From positions 868,001 to 932,000 of the forward strand of contig JAQGDQ010000001.1 of NCBI GenBank assembly GCA_030141605.1: DNA of 64,000 nucleotides. The letters are read 5' to 3'. This document shows, one piece after another, positions 36,703 to 48,894 of this stretch (its first letter is position 1; the number at the start of each line of letters is the position of its first letter). This DNA comes from Tubiluchus corallicola (taxonomy: Eukaryota; Animalia; Priapulida). The translations under genes were made by a program, and so were the position numbers. A model generated the notes under the pieces. It worked only from the letters and a program-made list of their open reading frames with translations. It ran no database searches and had not been told where the DNA came from.

Positions 36703-38644
36703 TCGTACAGTATTTTTGCGCAACATTTATTGGCTTGCACTGCCCATAATTCTCTTTGCCGAGTAATCAAGAAACCATATTCTCACAATAACTTTATTAC
36801 CTGCGATAAAGAGAGTGATAATTATTGCCACAGCTGTTTATTGAGCGGGATGGAAAGCATTGAAAACCACGAGTTTAAAGGATGGGCGTGCGCTACAGTC
36901 AATTAGGTTGACATTGTTAGTAAGACGGCTAATGCGACGCATAAATTGTTCTATTTTAACGAAACCGACCTGATGTTTGTTATCAAGCCCTGTCTCAGAA
37001 GCGCGTGATGACTAAAAGCTTAAGCACAAATTTCTCGGTTTTCTCGTTAAGAAATACACTAAACTAGAATGGCACTCATTCAAAAGACCGCTGACCTCCC
37101 TAATGCCACGTCCACAAGGTGCGCTTTTTCTTTGCGCTAAGCGCATGCCTTCTGGAAAATAAAGTTGCACAATATCAAAATAAACACGCACGGGCAACTG
37201 TCGCATGTAATTTGTTGTCCACACATTTTTTGCGCGATAGCGATACAGGCTGTTGTTTGTAACTTTGTGCTGGCGTTTGCGCAGTATATATTATTGTTAT
37301 TAAAAGAAAGAAAAAAAGTGAAAATGTTTGTGGATGAAGCAATTTTTTGCTCTTAATATAAATATTGTTTTAAAACAGACCTACTGTATAGAATTAATCG
37401 TACCAGTCAATCATATTCTACGCGTGTGCGACTGACTGAATATAGGTAATATTTTCTTATACAACTAACATTAGGAAAAATAAGCAATGATTATATTATG
37501 TCAGTGATTATGAAACTACTGAAAATCAATAAATATGGCAATAAAGAGATTATTTATAAAATTTCCTATTTACAGATAAGTGAATATTTAAAGGACAAAG
37601 ATGCGTGCTAAAGTTATGACATTACTGTATGGACAAAATTAAGTACATAATAATTATGATTGATAATCAATGACATTCTACATCATAATCAAACAATTGT
37701 CACCAAATTTAGGGTTTTGACAAACACAAGTATTATCAACAGGACTGTCGTAATTATGTCTATTTTGGGGTATCACGTGGGGTACAAAATGATAAATTTC
37801 TGTATTGACGAAATAAATACATTATTACATACACATATGTATAGTAATCAATATTGGTCTATATCACAAGCAATACCCGCTAATTTTTCGTGGGAAAATT
37901 ATATCATTATATCAAATTAGCTGGCCTTGAGTCAGCGATACATTTTTAGAATTAATAATCCTAAAGGTTTATGTATGTCAGATCTGCAACGTTTCAGCCA
38001 CAGACTCTGGGCATTTTCAAACAACTAATTTTCCGAAAATAATTTTGTCAAGAAATAACCAAACTGTTAATTAATTGAAAAGGAAGGCGATGAAGAAACT
38101 GTGAGTCGTTCACGATAAGATTCGAACTCAGTGTGACAGCGTTTGTCTATTGTTCATTTTTGATATATACATACATACATACATATATATCGGGCAAAAA
38201 TGGCTTTTTTCAATTTTCTATCTGTATTTTTACAATTTTCTTGGAATAATGCCCGATAAACTAAATCTATGATGTTATGGAATCAAGAAGTACAGAAAAG
38301 GGGGTAGCTGCATGAAATGTAAAATGCTATGTTTGCTACGTCTTTTCAAAAAATAGGGTAATGTCGGACAGTTGGCAGGGTAGCGTCGGCCGTAATTATA
38401 AACATTCTGGTTTGGCATTTAAATAAGCCGTGGCCTTTTCACAGTTCCAGCGATTGATGATGATCGTTATAAGGCCAAAGGTTACGTGAAACGTCTCGCA
38501 GCCTATGCTATTGCAACAGTAACGGTTTTAACAGCTAGCTAGAACCTTGCCTAATTCATTTTTCTTTTTTCCAGTCAGGCGGCTTTGCTTTACCCACGTC
38601 ACGTGAGGGCTGTAGTTAAGAGGGGTTTCTGTAATGCATTTAAA

Positions 38645-38840
38645 GCAAAACCGGACCCAATGTTAAACTGATGTCAAAATAACCTATTCTTTAAAATACT
38701 GAAAGAAAACACAATATTTTTTTCAAAAATAACTTACGTAAAACAATTATTAACACAAAAACACAATTTAACTTTCGTACCAGTAGTTCTTCGCTGTTAC
38801 ATGCATGTCGCATTCACTAGCACCTGCTTTTCGGAAACGC
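38645..38840 (+). repeat. Dispersed repeat copy 2 (see 11117-11330)
   Basis: Same family as 11117-11330. Confidence 0.7.
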
Positions 38841-39079
38841 AGTCCCGTCACATTTAATCATTATTACATGACATGTCTGATGTCATGTGGATTTCATCGT
38901 CTTACACGATCTTTTCTGCTAATTTTAACATAGTCTTTCTTTTAACAGTTTAAGTAGATGAATAAAATAGTCAGCAGATGCAACAACCTTTTCAGCTTGA
39001 ATTAATTCGGTCGTGTTTCTTCCCCGCTGATAAGCAGCTTGACTTGTACCAATGTGTGCATGTATACGGTCAAACATCC

Positions 39080-39500
39080 CATTTAGTAAGTATATGGCCA
39101 AGTTTTTTAGAACATTTAAGAGTATGACTGGTTTTAGGTTACAGGTCCTCGCTTTTTACCTGGTTTGGGTAGTGGAATAAGAATGCCTTTCTGCAAAACT
39201 TTAGGGTAAATTCCAGTTTTGCCTACAACTCATGCTGTATTTTCCATGACTGCGCACCATGTTTGAACTGCAGCATGTACTTCTTCAAGTAAAAGCTATG
39301 GCTATTCCATGTGATTCTGTTTGTTTTACCTTTTTCTGCCAGTGCATCATGAGAAACTATGCTATACTACTTGGCTAGCTCTTCAGCTTGTTTTCATTCA
39401 ATCTCATTTCTGGAGTGCCATGTCCCCTGACATGATTCTTGCAATCTTTTCTCTAGCTTTTCTAGTGCGAAATTTCCAAAGCAACATTCATTTCTGCATA
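39080..39500 (-). mobile_element. Decayed LINE RT N-terminal fragment
   Basis: Minus strand EGILIPLPKPGKKRGP...KPVILLNVLK, the usual segment preceding LINE RT domain 1. Confidence 0.55.
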
Positions 39501-39996
39501 CGCAACGGAAAAAGAAATTTGACGGTAACATAGTCGACAAAAGGCAATATTCCTATTCTTGTGGGTTTCAGCCTTTTCCTTATTTGCTCTCCCACTGGCT
39601 ATTTACTACGATTTTAAACTTTAAATAAATATTTTTTCAGATAATTCAAAATTTGTTTAAATAATTCTGCAGCAAATAAGCACAATGATAAAACAGATTA
39701 GTTCTTGCAATTGTAGGCAATCGCATGTTTTGAGTTACCGAGTCAGTATGTCCGCTTGGTACTGTGCCATGATAGGCGCGATCAAATTGACAGAGATACT
39801 ATGGGTACGAGTGTATTTTTTTATAATTAATCCACCCATGGGAAATGGGTATAATGTCACATAACGTCACGAGCGTCGTCGCATCAGATAAACAAATTAC
39901 GTCACATATTGAAAAGCTTCTTTATAGAACAAAAGAATGTTCGCGTGACAAGCCATTCCTGAAACTAAAACTGTAGGATCAAATATCTATGTAAAA

Positions 39997-42460
39997 ATGG
40001 CAGGAGATGCCAGCGGAGAACATTTTCTACTTCCTAAAATCGACTGTGATCTTGTGTTAAATGAAGACATTTCCATGAGCGGTCGGTAGAATTAAGATTC
40101 ATTTTTTTAAGTATTCATATGCAAAATAAAATTAATTGCATGAAACAATATAAGATACACAACAATAAATAAGGCAAGATTAATAGATACGGAAGCTGAC
40201 CGCAAAAGTACAAAGTACATCATTATGTAGTTAAAAAATCTATTTTTATAATTTTTGACTGGACAGTTTACAGTGACTGGAGGTAACATATATGGTGAAG
40301 AAGCGAATATTGAACGAATGTTGAGCAACTGATGCTACAGATCCATCTGCATGAAGTTTGTGGCTATGACCTCTGGAAATCTCTATGAATAATGTTGTAA
40401 TACATTTCTTGACCCTAATCAATTCTTCTTTCTTGAATTTTTCTCTCTCTTCTCTCTAATGACGACATGTACAATCCTCAAAATCGGTTTAGCAAATGGC
40501 ACTAATTCGACATCTACGTGCTAAGAAGGAAACTTCTAATTGACGGATTTGTGCACATTATAGAAAAATTATTATTGATATTATGAGCCTCTTTTTGAAG
40601 AGTATGAAACTATTGCAGTCCCTGAAACCAAACGGTAGTTTGCCTACTCCTGCAATATTAAGACATTACCAGACATTAGCAGCATTATGGAAACTTTACC
40701 TGCTTTAAATATCAAGGGAAAAGTTTAGTTTGGACTGGATGTATGTATGTAAATTGTATTACAAGTTTTCCTATCACAGTAAACCATCGGCTTCACCACC
40801 TGTATGTAACCATAATGCTCCAAATAGATCTAATCCAGCTATTGATAAATCTTTTATTTATGACAGCGCCATAAGTGGAAAGATGCGTTTATCCAAAATA
40901 TCAAAAATGCTATCAATATACCTGCATTCATCAAGTGCATCAAGTACTTGCTTAACCATAAATGCATTTAATTTAAATCGTTCAACTATCTGTGTAACAG
41001 ACTGGACTGCCGGCTGGTATGACCTCTTTTTTCCTTTCTGAATAAAATTCCTGTATATTGCCATGTGCCACCTGACGGATGCTTGTGTCCGTCACATTTA
41101 ATCCATTATTACGAGGATCTAAAACGTTAGTATTAATCATTCAAAGATGATACGTAGCTGATATCTCTAATCAAAAAATAGACGTCAATAATAAAGAACG
41201 AAATTTTCTTTATGAATCTCTTTTTAAATCTCTCCTAGCGCCTTCGTACTTTTGAGTTATGGTTGGCTCAATAATTTTGTCTGTTTTATAGGTTTTATAG
41301 CTATATTGTAACGCACATGAAAATCGTTAAACTCGTTTATTATCTTGCCATGCCAAAATGATTTTCTAGGAAGTCAGTGAAATACATACGAAGCTGTAGT
41401 AAAAAATCTTTTGTAATATACAGAATAGCTAATTAATTAAGTTGTAATTAGTTACTTAAGCTGTAATATACAGAATTTTCTGTGTATAGGTGATGCGCAG
41501 TTTAGAGACGAACTCAACCAGTCCTTCAAGTTGAAACATAGCACCCCAAGCAAAATGCACTTAGAGATGAGCCAAGTCTGTAGGAAAAGCGTGTCTGAAA
41601 CATACTTTAACAAGCTAAAGGAAATCCAAGAAGCCAAAACGAAAATAGAAGGAGAATTATCGAGTTTGCGTGGCGATAATACACGTTTGTTTCAACACAA
41701 CATAGATTTGTTACACAACCTGGAAATGGCAGAAGATAAGGCAGTTGAACATAAAAACGCAATGAGAGACGCTGTGCGGCAGGTAGTGGAAAGTAATATA
41801 AAACTAAAGCGAGACAAAGTTCGACTAAATGACACTGAACTACAAATGAAAACATTGTTAGACGAAAATAGTAGTCTGCTAGAAAGGGTGGACACGCTCG
41901 ATTACGTTAAATGCGAGTTTGAGGTAGAAAATCAAACTGTAAAAGAGAATTTAGCGGACGTGCAGTCACGGGTTAAAAAACTTGAGAGGAAATTGGGTGA
42001 ATATTCGTTAGAATGTTCCACCCTGAAAAACCAGAAAGCTGAACTGAAAGCTGAAAATAAAATCTTAAAACAACAGATGCGTGAGCAGCAAACAGACATA
42101 ACAAATTTGCTATTAGGGAGAAAGAGAATAAGAAATTTGTTCAACTTAGTAAAGAATAAAGTAGATTCGCTGGAACCCGAGTGCGTACGCCTTGAAACCG
42201 AACTTAGTGGAGTAAAAACAGAGCGCGATAGGTTGAAAAATTTGGTTTGTAGTTTGAAAGAAACATGTGACACGATGACGAGACGCAATAAAGACCTAAT
42301 GGTTAAAATTTGGAGGCTGGACTGGCAGTTAGCAGCTAACACTTTCGATGTTGCAGCAATGACGAAGGACGGCTTATCATGGGCAGTCAATATAGGAAAA
42401 GTCCTGGCTTATGTATTTCTGCCGTTTGGAATTGAAGCCTTAAATGATCGTGACTGCTAG
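39997..42460 (+). CDS. Uncharacterised long coiled-coil protein with hydrophobic C-terminal segment (probable two-exon gene)
   Basis: Main exon 41490-42460 (acceptor ttttctgtgtatag|GT, open 309+ codons, heptad-rich). Candidate exon 1 39997-40081 (aaaATGG, MAGDASGEHFLLPKIDCDLVLNEDISMS, phase-1 donor G|gtcggt) joins in frame. Exon 1 is less certain than exon 2. Confidence 0.6.
40200..41070 (-). mobile_element. Decayed CR1-like LINE 3' fragment inside the predicted intron of the coiled-coil gene
   Basis: RGHSHKL...SFNIRFFT near 40290-40380 on the minus strand; upstream part is weakly supported. Confidence 0.4.
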
Positions 42461-43496
42461 AACTGTAAAAGCTATCGATAGTATTTTGCATTTTTTCGTT
42501 TATTTGTTTGCATATTTGTTAATTTTTTTGTTCATTTATTCGTTCATTTATGCATTCATTTGATCACGTACTAACTGATTTTCCGATTAATCGCTCATTA
42601 ACCAGTTCTGCATTTGTGGCTTTTTGATTTCTTTATTTATTGGGCATTTATTTGTTTATTTGTGGTGCGCTCATTTATTTACTTATATATTAGACTTAGC
42701 TACCATTAAAATATTGCCTATTTTAATATAAATAAAGATGATCACATTGTTGTTATAGTTGTTGTTGTTGTTGTTGTTGTTTTTGTTGTTATCATTATTA
42801 TTTGTTATTATATTTTGAAAAAAGTCAAATATTTTGTCAAAATTCATCTGCAATTGCAAATGGATGATATTGATTTTAAATTGATCAAGTTTAAATATTC
42901 ATAGGTTTATATTACGCACTGTATAATTTTTGCACATGTAACTGCGTTATTGTTTTTAAGAACAAAAAGGATTTAAAATGCAATTAATTCCTACTATATT
43001 ATCATTGTGCTCTATTTCATTATTGTCTGTACAAAGTATACATCTGAAATAGCACTAACTTTCGTCGTATTTGGAAGTTCTGTTATTCACTTGAATTTAC
43101 TTATGCATGCACACATTATAACTTCGCAATTAAAGCAACATAACTTTTTTGAAGTACGATTTGTCATTTTTCGTGGATATAATTTTTATCACCTTTGCGT
43201 GAAACCGAGTGGTTTTACTGTGAGTAATAGGCGTGGTACGCCGTTTATCCAGCATAAATAATATTTGGATACAAAGTCTAACCAAATTTGAACGAGGAGG
43301 TATTTTACTAGGATCTAGAAGTAATTAAAACACGAACAAATAGTTTACTTGTTGTTTTACCATTTCCAGTATGTATTAACAAAGTCTGACACGAAACAAA
43401 CAGGATGTGCTTTACTGATTATAAGACTGCACACTTCCAGGAAGTTGCAACTCTCCAAATCCGCTATTATTTACCAAACCGGATCAACTATTAACG

Positions 43497-43507
43497 TATA
43501 TATAAAG
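43497..43507 (+). promoter_or_regulatory. TATA box candidate for the small secreted protein gene
   Basis: TATATATAAAG about 90 bp upstream of the ATG at 43593. Confidence 0.45.
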
Positions 43508-43592
43508 TAGGTAAAACATCCACTAGACAAGTTGCTTAAAATTTTGTCTATAAAGGTATTTATCTTGCTTTTCTACAATCGACGAAAAGAAG

Positions 43593-44456
43593 ATGTTGCC
43601 GTTTAAAATTGTGTTTTTGTTGGCAGCTGTGGTTTTAACGCTAGCGGAATCATGTCGTAAGTATATATATATATAGTTCGATTACTATAACCGATGAGAA
43701 ACTTGACTTTACCAATAAGTTCGGTACAATTGGATTTGGCGGAATGGATGCGATCTGATAGCTACATAGTGCCTAGAACGGGATATTGCTGTTCGTTCTT
43801 TAAAATATAATTGCAATCAGTAAAGTGACAATCAATCGAAAATAGTAGCCAAGCTAAGTTGAGCGAGTACAAAACATTAGTCAGTCAATAAATTTAATCA
43901 TTAATGGACTTTATTTGGTGAGAAAATTGCCATATTGGCTCCGAAAACTGACTTGGTGATTTTGAAAATATTTTCATGAAAGAATTAATTTTTACTTGTT
44001 TCCGTCTGTGTCTTGTTCTCTAGATGAGCACACTTCTCTCTGCGGTGCCGATCTGACCTTTCATTTCTATTTTCAGAAAATGTAAAGCAGTATAATGGAA
44101 AACTGATCAAACATCCTAGCCATGCAGCTGTTTATCAAATTTTGGACGGTGTGAAGCATCACGTACCAAACCCAAATACCTATAATCAACTTTATAATAC
44201 TTGGGATTGCATCGAGGCAAACAGCTTTGTGGACCTGATTTGTTCAGGTGATCCAATATCAGATGGTGCCGCGCTTGTAAAACACGCAGACCATCCTGCT
44301 GTGTACCTCGTAAACGATGGACAAAAACGACATATTGCTGATCCGCCAACATTCAACACGTTCTGCTTCAGCTGGGATAAAATAAAGGTGGTTCCTCGAG
44401 ATCAGAGATTGGTCCTGGATTACGTCCCAACTGGTTCTCAAATTAAAACAACCTGA
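43593..44456 (+). CDS. Secreted 147-aa protein made of two tandem ~55-aa repeats of a bacterial-like domain
   Basis: Exon 1 43593-43656 (signal peptide MLPFKIVFLLAAVVLTLAESC, donor C|gtaagt) plus exon 2 44077-44456 (acceptor ttttcag|AA), in frame, 444 nt. ATTAAA and AATAAA follow at about 44569 and 44614. Confidence 0.85.
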
Positions 44457-45356
44457 ATATGTTGAACAGCTCCTTGATTCGAATTAATTAACGTTATTTA
44501 TGAAATATTATGTTTTGAAGTACATGATACGTACATTATATTCGCAGTATTCGAGATTTTAACTTTCAATTAAAACAGTTTTCTATCCATTTAGTTGTCA
44601 CACTGTCCTAAAGAATAAAATAAAATAAATGAACCTAAATAATGATTCAGCTTTAGCGAAATCGTATTTTAATAGAACATTATTGATTATCAACGACAGT
44701 TAACGAAAAAAACGCCAGTAACATGTTGGATTTATTTGAACTTTTTAGTTGGTTGCTTTTAAGTTGCATAATTACCCACAAACGTGTTATCTTTTTGTGT
44801 AACAGAAAAAACAAGCGAAACTTATTTCACGTTGTTGTTTACAACATACAAGAACATTAGCTTAAAGCTAATATTACCGACAATACATTAAAATTAATGC
44901 TAGCCTACAAATAAATATATAAAATGCACCTACACAATTGTAAACACTATTACATAAGGTGACTTAATTATAATTATATTTGACTACACATGTTTACAAA
45001 TTATGACGTTAATGATATATAGGTATTAAATATATAAAAAGATATAAAATTAGGATGCCAGCAATTCAGAATTTTACTGTTTACGGAAATAAAAAATAAC
45101 CAAAAGTATACGATTAAAAGCGAAAATTTTAATTAAACATCAACATGATACATCTATCGCGTGATACAGTTCGCGAGAAAATATTAGAAGCAAAAGCAAA
45201 TAGGTGTATTACAATGGTTTATCGGTATTAATTTTTTTCCATTCATTTCCGTAGACCCATCAAACAGAACTAAATATGCTTATCAATCAATCAGTCAATA
45301 AGTTTATTTGTCTCAATGGTCACTGGACAGAAGAAAATCATTTTATTAATCAAAAT

Positions 45357-45660
45357 TTAAATGTATGTTGTATTGTCATAATACTTTTTTGAGTTTTGGA
45401 TAGTGCTGCCACCTTCAGGTGTTCTTGTTAAAATTGTTAAATCTTTCTCTTTACTGTTTAAATTTTCATTGGCTTCTATAGTCTTTATGAATGCATAATC
45501 TCTAAACCTGTTTTCACACCTAAATGATTTCACCTGTAGTTTTTGGTCACTTGGTTTTCTGCTTTTCATCATGACACTACTTCAGTGTTTATGTAGACAC
45601 TTCAGAATAAAATCTTAAAACTAAATTTCAAGTTTTTTGGTTTCTTCAAACCAGTCACAT
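45357..45660 (-). mobile_element. Possible Penelope-like element 3' remnant with degenerate hammerhead-like motif
   Basis: Minus frame ending ...AFIKTIEANENLNSKE followed by CCTGAAGGTGGCAGCACTATCCAAAAC (CTGANGA...GAAAC-like). Confidence 0.35.
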
Positions 45661-46370
45661 TACATTACAGTACATGCGATTATAATACAATATATACACA
45701 GGGACGGGAGGCGAAAGCCAACCGGTTGCCGAGTCGCTTTCCCTACGGTTGAGTCAAGCCATCCCTAACTTAAATAAATTAGCAATAAATTGTAATGGCA
45801 GAAAAGCAAGAGCGTGAAACCAAGTAAATTTAATTTATATTCATTGTGAAAAACTTAAGCTCAAATTAAATGTAAATTGAAAAAAGTGTAAAATTATCAG
45901 TGAAAATATAACACGTGTAATTAAACATATAATTATTATTTAAATCACTAAACACGCTATCTACTATAATAGTTTGTGGGTGTAAGACTCGAATCATAAT
46001 AATAACAAGAGATAGCAAAAAGAAATATAATAAGGCATAAAAAGCATTAAAGCAGCTTTAAAAAGCAACAAAACAAAATGTAGATTCATGTGCTACTCAT
46101 GTGTGCTTTATAGGAATGTATTGGCAGTAATTTAAAGAAGGCTGGTCACAAATAATTAGATGATTAATAACGACAAAAATGCTTACTAGTTTTACATATA
46201 ACGCTTTCAGTAGTCTACACTGTTTATCACTTAATAACACAATAATATTATCTGCAGGATTTGACTGAACCAAGCCACAGTTTAGTAAATTTTTGAATCC
46301 AAAAATGATCAAAGAAATCGAAACTGGATTTGAACCAGGGATCTTTGTGTTTCAAATATAACATTCTTGG

Positions 46371-46443
46371 TTAAAATTGACTGAGTGATCAAGTATTTGG
46401 TTTAGAATTTAAACCAAAGTGTAGATCACTCAGTCAATTTTAA
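46371..46443. repeat. 73-bp near-perfect palindrome
   Basis: TTAAAATTGACTGAGTGATC-AAGTATTTGGTTTA-GAATT-TAAACCAAAGTGTA-GATCACTCAGTCAATTTTAA; outer 20-bp arms are perfect. Confidence 0.9.
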
Positions 46444-46577
46444 TCTATCAAGATCATTTTAACAAGTAATTGGTTGGCAATGACAGGGACAACTGGCTAA
46501 ATTCTTTGCTTATTAGAAATTTATGAAACGTCTTTGAATATTGTCATGCTGTTTATAGATTTTGATGCTATGCAACA

Positions 46578-46663
<86 letters not shown>

Positions 46664-46718
46664 ATAATAATAATAATAACAACAACAACAACAACAATAG
46701 TAATAATAATAATAACAT
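46578..46718. repeat. Compound (TAC)n(TAA)n(AAC)n microsatellite
   Basis: Direct read. Confidence 0.97.
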
Positions 46719-46866
46719 AATGACATCTAAAATAATCATGACTTAAAAAAGGTTCACAAAATTAAACAGTAGCTTCCAAAATTTCATAAAATTCCAATAA
46801 GTGAATAAATGAAACAAAATATGAGCGTATAACGACAAATAATTTGATCACTTCAAAGATTGTATG

Positions 46867-47130
46867 CTATTTTAAATGTTTTAATCTATATTTGAAAAGC
46901 GTTAGTGTTCGAAGTATTCTGATGTGGATGTGTAGATCGTTCCACAGAGTTGGTCCTGTAACAGCAAATGAGTAATGACCTATCGCCCATAGTGGGACTG
47001 TGCACTCTAGGAACCGTAACCAAAAGGTTATCATTTGATCTATGACTATGCTAGTTTGAATTTGATGGACCGTTGGACGAATCATGTCAGAAATGTAATC
47101 AGGTGCCTCGTCATGAAACATCTTAAGTAT
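46867..47130 (-). mobile_element. L2-like LINE 3' end remnant
   Basis: APDYISDM...SFAVTGPTLWNDL..IR...TLFKYRLK. Confidence 0.65.
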
Positions 47131-47619
47131 ACTTCACTTCACTTCAGAAATTCATTTTGGTTTCCAATTTCTGAGTGTCACTGAATCTCTTGACAGATAG
47201 TAGTAAAGACAGTAATTAATTATTAATTAATTAATTTATTATTTTTTCTTTCTTAATCTCTTTTAATATGCTTAGCAGTGTTTGTTCATTACGCATTGCC
47301 TCTGTCTTAGGTTTAGCCGCTATATTTTGATTAAAATTAGACCATGTACAGCACGATGTTGTACACGAAGCTATTGTGGCACTAAAATGTACAGCGAGAA
47401 AAAAAGACGTTTTCGAAACAGAATCAGATTTCCGAAAGCTAGCGTCATTTCTAGAAGGACGTATCGTTATTTGAGAAGAATGGCATCAGAAAAATGAAAG
47501 CGGATGTTTTTTATCCAATCATATTTCGACATGTCTTTTCAAAAACGGCGTGTGTACTCATAGAAGACCGGACAAATTGAGATAAAAATGACGCGTTTTT
47601 TTTGTAGAAAAGGGCCCAA

Positions 47620-48860
47620 TGATATGACTACCAATAGAACATTAAATTTTATTCATTTAAATGTTAGTACTATAACAGCTAAACCCAAGTTATTTGAAAA
47701 ATTAACTCTTTCTCAGACTCATGGATCGCGATATTATAGCTGTGTCGGAATCATAGCTAGATAGTACTGTATCAAATCTGGATATCATGCTAAACATTTA
47801 TCAGCCTCCTGTTCATACGGGATCGTAATAGAAGCGGTGGTGGTGTTTTAATTTATGTAAATAACAATCCACCTTTTGTAAGAAGAGACTATCTTAATTC
47901 TGACATTGAAATATTGTGGCTTGAAACTCGTGGGAAGGAAAATGTTGTTTGGTGTACGCTATCGGCCTCCATGTAAAAATGTTGACAATTTTAATTATTT
48001 TTTCGATTAATTTATTGTCACTTTGGATGAAGCTGTTAGCACTAATCTTCTTATCTTCATGACTGGTGATTTTAATATACGATCGAATCTTTTTTGGAAC
48101 AATGATATAGATACTCCATTTGGCAACACTTTTTGCAATATTTTAAGCAATTATGGCTTGTCTCAGCTTGTAAATGAAGCCACCCACATTTTACCGGATC
48201 CACGGTTTGTATTGACCTCATTATTACTAATTACCCTAGTTGATTTAAAAATTGTGCGGTGCTGACACCTATTGCTAACACATGCACACATTGTCCTGTC
48301 TTAGGCGAAATGAAATTTGGATATTCTTGTCTAAAAAGCTACCATAGAAGAATTTGGAAATATAATAGCTTAGACGTCAATTATTTTATCAATCAACTAG
48401 TGCAGTTGATTGGGTGCTTTAATATCTCAAGGCGTCAATAGTAGTTGTGCTAAACTTTTGGATACTTTCTTTAGTGTCCGTACTAATTGTATACCCATTC
48501 AGCAGAAAGTAATTCGTTCTAAAAATGATACGTGGATGTCTAGTTATATATGTGATCTTCAATGTTGTATGGACAGACTGTACAAATTTTTTTTAAAGGA
48601 CATCAAATATTTTACACTGTGAACATTACGAAGCTGTCAGAAATAAGACTGTCTCTGAAATATGAAAAGCTAAAGCAATTTTTTGAAACAAAAGCCGCTC
48701 ACTTATGTGAAGGAACTGTATTATCTAAGCGCTGTCATAAACTTGTTAAGTTGTTTCTATAACAACAACGGTACATTGTCTGTACTTCCTATTTATGATT
48801 AACCTAACCAACTTGTTGCTGATCTTAAACTTAAAGCAAATATATTTAATAATTATATAA
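47620..48860 (+). mobile_element. Decayed CR1/L2-like LINE endonuclease region
   Basis: FIHLNV, DIIAVSES, RDRNRSGGGVLIYV, YRPP, TGDFN, LSQLVNEATH and HCPV, with stops and frameshifts. Confidence 0.75.
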
Positions 48861-48894
48861 AATATTTTAATATTTAATATGTTTAATATTTGAT

